Of a stretch of 64,000 nucleotides of DNA, positions 47,713 to 56,000 are shown piece after piece (position 1 is the stretch's first letter; each line of letters opens with the position of its first letter). The position numbers were made by a program, and so were the translations under genes. The notes under the pieces were generated by a model. It saw only the letters and a program-made list of their open reading frames with translations. It searched no databases and was not told where the DNA came from. The stretch is from an uncultured Bacteroidales bacterium (GTDB lineage: Bacteria > Bacteroidota > Bacteroidia > Bacteroidales > UBA1402). The stretch covers positions 16,470 to 80,469 of the forward strand of contig CAZCWK010000004.1 of the NCBI GenBank assembly GCA_964502355.1, in the 5' to 3' direction.

Positions 47713-47739
47713 AGTTGAATGTTTCAGCGTGCTGAGTTG
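47713..47739. repeat. 27-bp direct repeat, right copy
   Basis: Identical to 45544-45570. Locally CAGCGTGCTGA (47725-47735) pairs with TCAGCACGCTG (47769-47779). Confidence 0.85.
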
Positions 47740-47835
47740 GATTGTCTTCGTGCGGAAAGTTTGTATGTTCAGCACGCTGAATTTCGGAATTTATAGTTAC
47801 TTTTGTAGAAACTGTCTATTATATATAAAAGGTGT

Positions 47836-48246
47836 ATGGCTGTAAAGTTTTGTGTGTACAAACAAACTCATGATGTTTCGGGCAAGAATGACGAAATTTA
47901 CTATGCTAAAGCTCAGTCTTCGGGCGAGATAGGGTTTGAAGAGATTTGTAATAAGATTTCAGACAGGTCATCGGCTACTAAAGGTGACGTTATGCTTGTG
48001 CTTGATGGTTGTATTAATGTGATTAAGGAAGCCATTAAGGAAGGTCACATTGTGAGACTTGGTGATTTTGGCAGCCTTAACCTGACAATTTGCAGCGAGG
48101 GAGTAAGCAATGAAAAAGACTTCTCTGCAAAGAATATCACAAGTGCTAAACTTAATTTTAAACCGGGGAAAGACCTTCAGGATACACTAAAGGAGCTGAC
48201 TTACGAGAAAACCACTGTAAAAAGACCAAAGAAAAAAACTATTTGA
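47836..48246 (+). CDS. Bacteroidales-type HU-like DNA-binding protein
   Basis: 136 aa. Block SSATKGDVMLVLDGCINVIKEAIKEGHIVRLGDFGSL...AKLNFKPGK, which is an HU/IHF-like arm and fold pattern. Confidence 0.7.
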   Translation: MAVKFCVYKQTHDVSGKNDEIYYAKAQSSGEIGFEEICNKISDRSSATKGDVMLVLDGCINVIKEAIKEGHIVRLGDFGSLNLTICSEGVSNEKDFSAKNITSAKLNFKPGKDLQDTLKELTYEKTTVKRPKKKTI

Positions 48247-48335
48247 GGATCGGAATTTAAAACCCATCTTTGAGTAACAGGCACTATACCGAGGTGAAGA
48301 AAATGCAATTCCCGGGATTAATTGATTTACGAAAT

Positions 48336-48362
48336 CATTTCGCTCAGTACTGAGGCGAAATG
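48336..48362. other. Strong imperfect palindrome or hairpin
   Basis: CATTTCGC-TCAGTACTGA-G-GCGAAATG (8 + 4 bp with one bulge). No T-run follows it. Confidence 0.4.
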
Positions 48363-48493
48363 AGTTTACAAATCATCAGTAATACTATTAAAAATCCGGA
48401 TTTATTACAGTTGGTATAGGAGCTTCAAAGTTTGAATGAATTAGATAAGTGGGTAGAAACCACTGAGAATACGCTGAAATAGTCTTAAAAAAA

Positions 48494-48632
48494 CGAACAA
48501 TTGTTTCCCTTACCGAACAATTGTATCCTAAACCGAACAATTGTATCCTTTTTGTATCCTTCTTGTTCGGTCGCATGTTTCCCTTCTGATGCTTTCTTTT
48601 CTGAAAAATACTTTTTTATGAATTTATCTTTG
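48494..48632 (+). promoter_or_regulatory. Promoter/operator of the pilin operon: three 20-bp phased CGAACAATTGTWTCC repeats, the 21-nt TTGTATCCTTT x2 element, a conserved 17-nt block and a TAnnTTTG -7 box
   Basis: Repeat units start at 48494, 48514 and 48534. 21-mer at 48541-48561. TGATGCTTTCTTTTCTG at 48587-48603. TATCTTTG at 48625-48632. Confidence 0.7.
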
Positions 48633-48729
48633 TAATGTTAAAAGTCGACAACAATCAGATCGGCTTTTACATAAAGGCATTTACAATATCTAATAAAACA
48701 AAAAAATAAACAATTTAATTTTTAAGACT

Positions 48730-49272
48730 ATGAAAAAAGTATTTTTATCAATCGTTGCCCTCGCCGCTTTAGTGGCTCTTCCTATGAGTGTTAGTGCACA
48801 GTCTGCTGGTAATAATGAAACTACTGCTACAGCTACAACTGCAAAAGCAATTATAGTTAATCCAATTAAGTTGGAGAATACTGGTGCGCAACCATTGTAT
48901 TTTGGTACAGTTGCAAGTTCAACTACTAATATTGGAACAGTATTAGTACCTGCAGCTGATGCACCTACAGCAATAAATTCGAATGTATCTTTATTAACTA
49001 CTGATCAAACTGCTGCCAAATTTACAATTACTGGTGAAGTGGATGCGAATTATACGATAACGCTTCCTGCTGCAGCTATTAGCTTGACAGGTAGTGATGG
49101 TGGAGATCCTATGACTGTAGATCAATGGACTTGCGATTTAGATGATGATACAGAACTGACACTTGCTGGAGGAACGCAGGTTTTTTATGTAGGAGGCACA
49201 TTAAATGTTGGTCAATCTCAGAAAGCAGGCACTTATACTGGTACATTTAATGTTTATGTGAATTATAATTGA
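48730..49272 (+). CDS. DUF4402/SCPU-like pilin-like subunit 1 (candidate major subunit)
   Basis: 180 aa. Signal peptide ...VSAQS. Contains LYFGTV and AKFTITG..YTITLP. Ends ...GTYTGTFNVYVNYN. Confidence 0.7.
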   Translation: MKKVFLSIVALAALVALPMSVSAQSAGNNETTATATTAKAIIVNPIKLENTGAQPLYFGTVASSTTNIGTVLVPAADAPTAINSNVSLLTTDQTAAKFTITGEVDANYTITLPAAAISLTGSDGGDPMTVDQWTCDLDDDTELTLAGGTQVFYVGGTLNVGQSQKAGTYTGTFNVYVNYN

Positions 49273-49329
49273 TTAACGGTATATTTGTATAAATTCATTT
49301 TATAAATATTCCAAAATTAAGGCAGCTAA

Positions 49330-49854
49330 ATGATGAAAATAAAATTTATAAAAATACCAACTTTATCTATTTTCTTTTTGCTGCCTTTCTTTACTTACAG
49401 TCAAGTAAGCTCTACTGCCACGAATATCGGTATTGATGCAAAAGTGATTGCTCCTATTTCAATTTCAAACACCAGTTCAACAAAATTGAATTTTGGGACT
49501 ATTTCCAGATCATCTGTTGCCGGGACTGTGACTGTGACACCAGAAGGACAAAGAACAACTTCAGGAGGGGTTTCCGTTTTAAGCTCGTCATTTTTTACCG
49601 CTGCTCCATTCAGTGTTTCTGGTGAAAATAGTGCTGGTTTTAACTTGACGCTACCTGATAATGATGATGTGAAGATGACACGTACCGGTGGTACTGAAGA
49701 GATGGAAGTTACGAATTTCACTCACAACTCCGGTTTAGTTTTATCAAGTTCAGGTGCTGCAACTTTTTCTGTAGGAGCAACGCTTAATTTAGATGCTGAT
49801 CAGGTTGCCGGTGATTATACAGGTTCTTTTAATGTAACTATTGCATATCAATAA
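49330..49854 (+). CDS. DUF4402/SCPU-like pilin-like subunit 2
   Basis: 174 aa with a signal peptide. Contains LNFGTI and APFSVSG..FNLTLP. Ends ...GDYTGSFNVTIAYQ. Confidence 0.7.
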   Translation: MMKIKFIKIPTLSIFFLLPFFTYSQVSSTATNIGIDAKVIAPISISNTSSTKLNFGTISRSSVAGTVTVTPEGQRTTSGGVSVLSSSFFTAAPFSVSGENSAGFNLTLPDNDDVKMTRTGGTEEMEVTNFTHNSGLVLSSSGAATFSVGATLNLDADQVAGDYTGSFNVTIAYQ

Positions 49855-49855
49855 T

Positions 49856-50371
49856 ATGATAAAGTTCATTTCGATAATATTTACAGGTTTGATGCTTTGT
49901 TGCTATCCCTTGTATGCAATGGGAGAGAACGGAGCATCAGCTTCGTCTTCTGCAAGAGTAAATATTATTCAACCGATTTTGTTGTCAAAAGTGGACGATA
50001 TGAACTTCGGAAAGATACTTAATGGTTACACAGGTTCGGTTTTATTGACTACATCGGGCGGCAGGAGTGCTGTTGGTGCCAATGTGGTCGGGACTACAGG
50101 ATGGTCCCCTGCTAAGTTTGATGTGAGAGGTACTAATGATTACGAATATTATATAGCACTTCCTTCAAATATTGTTTTAAAAAATGGTGATAATGAGATA
50201 AGAGTAGAGAATCTGGTTGCCAAACCTTCCTCATCATCTGATGATGCTTTGGTTGGGGTGGTTAAAAGTGATTCATACTTTACTGTGGGAGGCAGACTTG
50301 TTATAAATTCTTCAAATCTGCCTGCCGGCATATATACATCAAGTTTTGATGTAAGTATCGGATATAATTAA
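49856..50371 (+). CDS. DUF4402/SCPU-like pilin-like subunit 3
   Basis: Start chosen at MIKFISIIF. An alternative ATG at 49841 overlaps the upstream gene. Contains MNFGKI and AKFDVRG. Ends ...GIYTSSFDVSIGYN. Confidence 0.65.
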   Translation: MIKFISIIFTGLMLCCYPLYAMGENGASASSSARVNIIQPILLSKVDDMNFGKILNGYTGSVLLTTSGGRSAVGANVVGTTGWSPAKFDVRGTNDYEYYIALPSNIVLKNGDNEIRVENLVAKPSSSSDDALVGVVKSDSYFTVGGRLVINSSNLPAGIYTSSFDVSIGYN

Positions 50372-50402
50372 TTTTTATGTCTTCAACCAACCACAAAAAA
50401 AT

Positions 50403-50915
50403 ATGAAAAAGATAATTGCACTGACTCTTTTGATAGCCTTCGTTGCGATAATGCCATCAAGGCTTTTTGCGGCTGATCCATTAACAGCTCCATCGAGTGC
50501 GAAAATTGATGCAGAGTTGTTGTCAGCTTATTCTGTTTCAAATAATACCTCTCTTAATTTTGGTAAATTAATACCAACTGCGACTGATGGTACTGTTTTA
50601 ATTAATGCTGCCGGAACTTCTTGTATAGAAACAAATGTTATTAAAGCTGCAGGTCACACGTTTTCTGCTGCTTCTTTTACAATAAATTCAGCAGTAGATG
50701 TAAACTGGTCTTTGGGTGCTATAGCAAACCAAACATTAAAACTGGAAACTGACAATAATATTACTATGTCGGTGATTAATTTTACACCTAGTATATCTTC
50801 AGGAAACACTGCAACTGCAAAGAATTTTACTGTTGGTGCAACTTTAAATGTTCCTGCAAACAAAACCGTCGGTAAGTACACAGGTAGTTTTCCCGTAACT
50901 GTTACTTTTAATTAA
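50403..50915 (+). CDS. DUF4402/SCPU-like pilin-like subunit 4
   Basis: 170 aa with a signal peptide. Contains LNFGKL and ASFTINS. Ends ...GKYTGSFPVTVTFN. Confidence 0.7.
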   Translation: MKKIIALTLLIAFVAIMPSRLFAADPLTAPSSAKIDAELLSAYSVSNNTSLNFGKLIPTATDGTVLINAAGTSCIETNVIKAAGHTFSAASFTINSAVDVNWSLGAIANQTLKLETDNNITMSVINFTPSISSGNTATAKNFTVGATLNVPANKTVGKYTGSFPVTVTFN

Positions 50916-50923
50916 GTAATAAT

Positions 50924-51433
50924 ATGAAACGCTTTATAGTAACTTGTTTGATAGTTGTTTCAGTTGCCATTAACGCTATTGCACAGACCAGTGTGATCGG
51001 CAAAATGGAAGCTGAAATTGCTGTACCTGTTGCAGCGTCCGAAACCGAATTGCTTAATTTCGGTAAGGTACTGCCTGAAACAGGCGGAGGTACTGTAAAG
51101 ATATCTGCAGCCGGCGAGCGTACTGCAACTGGTAATATTATCCTGATGGATGATATTTACAGTGCGGGACGTTTTGTTGTTTCCGGTATGCCGAATAGTT
51201 TGGTTTCTATTGTGTTACCACAGACACCACAAAAAATGGTACTGGCTAACGGTAGTAGTGAAATCACTGTTGACGAGTTTACATCTGATGTGCCTGTAGG
51301 CGGTCAGGTAGTAAGACAAAGCGACGGCAAAGCTGAAGTTAGCATTGGTGCAACTTTACATCTGGGAAATGGATTAAGTAATCCGGCCGGATATTATTCC
51401 GGTACTTACGAAGTAGTTTTCATGTATAATTGA
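50924..51433 (+). CDS. DUF4402/SCPU-like pilin-like subunit 5
   Basis: 169 aa with a signal peptide. Contains LNFGKV and GRFVVSG..VSIVLP. Ends ...GYYSGTYEVVFMYN. Confidence 0.7.
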   Translation: MKRFIVTCLIVVSVAINAIAQTSVIGKMEAEIAVPVAASETELLNFGKVLPETGGGTVKISAAGERTATGNIILMDDIYSAGRFVVSGMPNSLVSIVLPQTPQKMVLANGSSEITVDEFTSDVPVGGQVVRQSDGKAEVSIGATLHLGNGLSNPAGYYSGTYEVVFMYN

Positions 51434-51632
51434 AATGAAAAACTACCACAGTAAAAAAGCGTTCTTTGAAATGATTCCATGCAATATTCACTGAATTTTT
51501 AAAAAATGACTGTAAAATCGAGATATAATTTGCCTGATACATTACTTATTAATGAAAAAATTTATGCTTTTCATCTTTTATTTGTGGGTAATATCATTAT
51601 CTTTGGCGATTATACCTGTAATATAGCATATC

Positions 51633-52469
51633 ATGAAAGTTAAAGTCCGGTATTTTGTAACATTATTTTTGTTAATCCAGGGATTTCAGTACATGTTTTC
51701 CCAGGGTAACCTTCTTGTCGCTCCGATCAGAGTGGTGTTTGAGAATGGTAAACAAAGAGAAGATTTGAATCTTTCCAACATCGGCCAGGATACTGCCGTT
51801 TATCTGATTTCATTTTTACATTATCAGATGCTGGAAGATGGAAGTTTCAAAATGTTGTCTGATTCAGACGCTTTACCAACACCGAGATCAGACAGTTATC
51901 TGAGAATTTTCCCGAGAAGAGTTACTCTTCCTCCCGGTGAATCACAGATAGTAAGGTTGCAATTCAGGAAGCCTGCTGATTTGAAAGAAGGAGAATACCG
52001 TTCTCATCTTTATTTCAGGGCTGACAGGAATGCTGCTCCACTTGGATTGGTAGATGAAAACCGTGACACAACACAGCTTTCAGTAAGTATTACCCCTATT
52101 TTCGGTATAAGTATTCCGGTGATAGTGCGTAACGGCAATCTTGATCTGGGTATAAATCTTAGCGATGTAAATCTTACATCTGTAAACGACAGTACTTACA
52201 ATCTTGCAGTCTCGATCAACAGAACAGGCAAAAAATCAGCTTACGGTAGTCTTGAAGCAACTTATGTACCTAATGGTGGTAAGGAAGTTGTACTTGGATT
52301 AGCCAACGGAGTCGGTGTTTATACTGAGCTAAGCAAAAGAGTTTATAATCTTCCGCTTAGGATGCGCGCAGGGACTAAAATTCAGAAGGGAAAAATCATT
52401 GTAAGATATCTTATGCCGCGTGATGACGGTGGTAAGGAGCTTGCAAGAACTGAATACATAATCCCCTGA
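51633..52469 (+). CDS. PapD-like periplasmic pilus chaperone
   Basis: 278 aa with a signal peptide. LLVAPIRVVFENGKQREDLNLSNIGQDTAVYLISF and LRIFPRRVTLPPGESQIVRLQF parallel the FimC/PapD N-domain blocks, including the conserved Arg. Confidence 0.7.
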   Translation: MKVKVRYFVTLFLLIQGFQYMFSQGNLLVAPIRVVFENGKQREDLNLSNIGQDTAVYLISFLHYQMLEDGSFKMLSDSDALPTPRSDSYLRIFPRRVTLPPGESQIVRLQFRKPADLKEGEYRSHLYFRADRNAAPLGLVDENRDTTQLSVSITPIFGISIPVIVRNGNLDLGINLSDVNLTSVNDSTYNLAVSINRTGKKSAYGSLEATYVPNGGKEVVLGLANGVGVYTELSKRVYNLPLRMRAGTKIQKGKIIVRYLMPRDDGGKELARTEYIIP

Positions 52470-52498
52470 TTATCATTTAACTGTAACCCATTAAGAAA

Positions 52499-53053
52499 GT
52501 GAAAAAAAATGCTTTCCTTGCCATACTGGCAGGGTCGCTTGTGATAAGTTTGCATATAAATGCCCAGACTCCTCCCCAGTTTCCAACCAGGGACGGAGTT
52601 GTTTTGACTCCTGTGGTTGACATGTCCTTTGGTGATTTTACTGTACCTCAGAATGCTTCAGGTGGTACTGTTGTTTTATTGACAGACAACTCGCGTAGTC
52701 AGACCGGTGATGTATATCTCCTTAACAGGGGTACTGCTGTAAGAGCTGCAATGTTTGAATTTAAACTTTGTCCGGGTCGTACAATAAAGATTTATTACCC
52801 TTCGAATATTCAGATATTAGGTACTGGAAGCAGCAATAACGGAGGCGCAATGGATGTAACTAATCTTCAGTTCAAACTAGAAGGAGGTACTATAGATGAG
52901 TTCGGATCAGGATATGTAAGGTTTACTTCAAACAAAGGTTGTAATGAAATTCACAGGATATATGTCGGCGGCACATTAACTGCCAGGGCTTTAGGATACA
53001 ATCCTGCCGGCACTTATCATAGTAACTTAAGTTTGATGATAGTTCAGCAATGA
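52499..53053 (+). CDS. Divergent DUF4402/SCPU-like subunit 6 (candidate adaptor or tip subunit)
   Basis: GTG start, supported by the signal peptide MKKNAFLAILAGSLVISLHINAQ. Contains MSFGDF. Two Cys residues. Ends ...GTYHSNLSLMIVQQ, with Gly at -14 but no penultimate aromatic. Confidence 0.6.
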   Translation: MKKNAFLAILAGSLVISLHINAQTPPQFPTRDGVVLTPVVDMSFGDFTVPQNASGGTVVLLTDNSRSQTGDVYLLNRGTAVRAAMFEFKLCPGRTIKIYYPSNIQILGTGSSNNGGAMDVTNLQFKLEGGTIDEFGSGYVRFTSNKGCNEIHRIYVGGTLTARALGYNPAGTYHSNLSLMIVQQ

Positions 53054-53085
53054 CATCCTGATTAAGAAAAATAATTACTCCTCTG

Positions 53086-56000
53086 ATGACTGTCAAGCTT
53101 TTTAATAATTTTAAAAATCATTCGCTAAGTTTTTGCATTATGTTGCTTTTAGTTTCATTTGGTGCAAAAAGTTATGCTCAGGATGAATTTGACAGCTCGG
53201 TGCTTGATGCTTTTAATGTCACGATCAAGATAGATGACGTGGGCAGTTACATTTTCCCTGCTTTATATCAGGATCCTGATGGTTTATATATTCCTGTTGA
53301 AAGTCTGTTTAGCCTGTTAAAGGTTGTAAACAAGACCTCAGAAGAAGGTAAGATTGTAAAAGGTTTTTTTGAAACTGAAGCAAATCCTTACGAAATTAAT
53401 TTTCCCAAACGCTTTATTACTTTCAAAGGCAAGACAGTCAAAATTGACTCGACGGAAGCAGTAATGGATATGGGTACTTTGTATCTTAAAGCAAGTGCAT
53501 ACCAGAAGGCTTTTGGTTTCACAATGTCATTAAACTTCAGAGCACTTACGGCAAGTTTTAAATCGGAATTTGAACTTCCTGTAGTTAAACTGAATAAACA
53601 GGAGAAGGCGAGAGAAAAGGCAGGAGCCAAAGGAGGCGATGAAGTCGCATACGATACAATATATAAAAGAGATTATCACTGGATGAGAGGTGGCATGATA
53701 GATTGGTCAGTTGCTTCGAGCCAGGCAAAAGAATATGTCAGTGAAACGCGCGTGGAATTTGGAGGAGGAGCAGAAGTGCTTGGTGGTGAAGCGAATATAT
53801 TTTTAAATTGGTCAAATGTCTATGGTATGAACAGACAACAACAAAATTACAGTTGGAGATGGGCCGACAATGATGCGAAAGTTGTAAAACAAATACAACT
53901 CGGTCGCGTCAATAGTCGTTCTGTAGCCTCTTTGTTGTCTCCTATAGACGGTTTCACATTAACCAATGCACCGACTACTGTCAGAAAGGCATTGGGTAGT
54001 TATGTAATTTCCGATTACACTGACCCTGATTGGGTAATAGAGCTTTATATAAATAATGTGTTGACTGCTTATACCAGATCTGATGCTTCAGGTTTTTACA
54101 CATTTACGATGCCAATCGTGTATGGTACAAGCAATATTGTTTTAAGATTTTACGGTCCCGGCGGTGAAATAAGGTCTGAGCAGAAGACCTTTAATATGCC
54201 TTACAACATGTTGCCAAAGGGAGAGTTTGAGTATAAAATTACCGGTGGGGCTTTGATGGATTCTCTGGATTCAAAATATGGCAGGGCTGAAACTAATTTT
54301 GGTATAGCAAGATGGTTGTCTGCAGGAATTGGTGCTGAATATCTTTCATCAATTTCAGTAATTGACACTACCGGTTTTTCAAGTCCGGTCATACCTTTTG
54401 CCAACTTTACTTTACAACCGTTTTCAAAGCTTTTAATTACCGGTGAATACGCTCACAAGGTTAGATGGAAGACTACGATGAACCTGACTTTGCCCGGACG
54501 TTCAGTTCTTGAACTTAATTATGCGAGATATACTCCGGGTCAAAAGGCTATAATATATAATTACCTCGAAGAGAGGATGGGAAGTTTCTCTATGCCTTAC
54601 AAATTAAGAAATCTCTCGGGTTATGCTAAAGCTTCAGTAAGGCAAAATATTTATGCTAATTTCACTTACAATTCAAGTGAATTGATGCTTGCAGCCAATT
54701 ACAGGGATTACAATATGAACTACAGTAATTTCCTGAACTGGACTCCTGCAGGCAACACTAATGTTTACGGAAATCTGGCTTTAGGCTTTAAGTTTGGCAA
54801 ATATTTGTCATTCAGACCTTCAGCGCAGTATAATTATACGACCAACAACCTGATTTCGATCAAGGGTGAGGTTGAATCCAAGATGTTCAAGGATGCTAAT
54901 GTTGCTTTCAGGTATGAAAACAGCGTGATGTCTAAAACACACAGTTTCAACTTGTCATTCAGATATGATTTGCCTTATGTTTCAACTTATGTGGCAGCAG
55001 GTTATAGCAACAGGCAGTTGCAATCTTCTGAATCAGCAAGAGGAAGCTTCTCTTTCGGGAGTGGCAAGAAATATGTTATTGTTGACAAAAGAGGATCTGT
55101 CGGTCGTTCTGGTCTGACGATTGAGTCTTTTGTCGATGTAAACTTTAATGGTAAACGTGATAAGGGAGAGCCTTCTACTGAGAGACTTAAGGTCAGATGC
55201 AGTGGTGGACAAATGCAGGTAAGAGAGAAGGATTCTGTTGTCAGGATTACTGGACTTGAGCCATTTGTTGCCTACACTTTGATTCTTGATGAAACCAGCT
55301 TCGAAAGTCTGACATGGAAACTTCCTTTTAAAAATGTAAAGGTTACCACCGATCCTAATCAGTTCAAGAAAGTCCTGGTTCCTGTGCTTCCTATGGGTGA
55401 AATTTCAGGTCAGGTAGCTGATGATAAAGGTAATGGTCTCGGACGTATCCTGATAGTATTTAAGGATTCACAAGGGAAGAAGGTCGCTCAGACTATTTCC
55501 GAATCTGATGGATATTTCACATATATTGGATTCAAACCTGGCGATTATCAGGTTGGAATCGACTCAATACAGTTGCAGATACTCAAGAGAGAGTCTGATC
55601 CTGTGATGGTAACTGTGAAACCTGATGTTCAGGGTGATGTGGTTGATGCAGGTAACATTGAATGGCGTGATATGCCGGGTTACATTAATGGCAGATCTAT
55701 CAAGGAATTACAGGAAGAAGCAGATAGAAAGACCGCAGAAAGCGGTATGATTGGCGGCACCAAGCCGACTGAAGCTAAACCTGTGGTAAGTAAGCCTGCG
55801 ATAAGAAGACCTGAACCTACTGTCATCAGCTTACCTGAACACAAAGCTGATTCTGAAAATATCAGAGTTAAGAAGATAGTTCCGTGGAGCATGGAGATTG
55901 CAGTAGTACATTATGTGGATGGTACTTATTGCTTGCAACTTGGAGCTTACAAGACTTTCAAACCTGGTGAAGATATGCTTAAGAAGGTATTGAGATTGTT

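Noticed and set aside
48494-48570. Possible mini-CRISPR array
   Set aside because: The repeat units are only 20 bp and directly abut one another without spacers. There are only three copies and no cas genes. This is a tandem operator-like repeat, not a CRISPR array.
48388-48576. 62-aa minus-strand ORF in the HU-to-pilin intergenic region
   Set aside because: It runs through the 20-bp tandem repeats and the 21-mer promoter element. It has no recognisable protein features. The region is better explained as regulatory DNA.
51506-51649. Small (~47 aa) ORF in the 200-nt gap between pilin 5 and the chaperone
   Set aside because: It has no signal peptide, motif or paralogy to the pilin family, and is too short to support from sequence alone. 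The gap may instead hold an internal promoter or processing site, which I could not substantiate.
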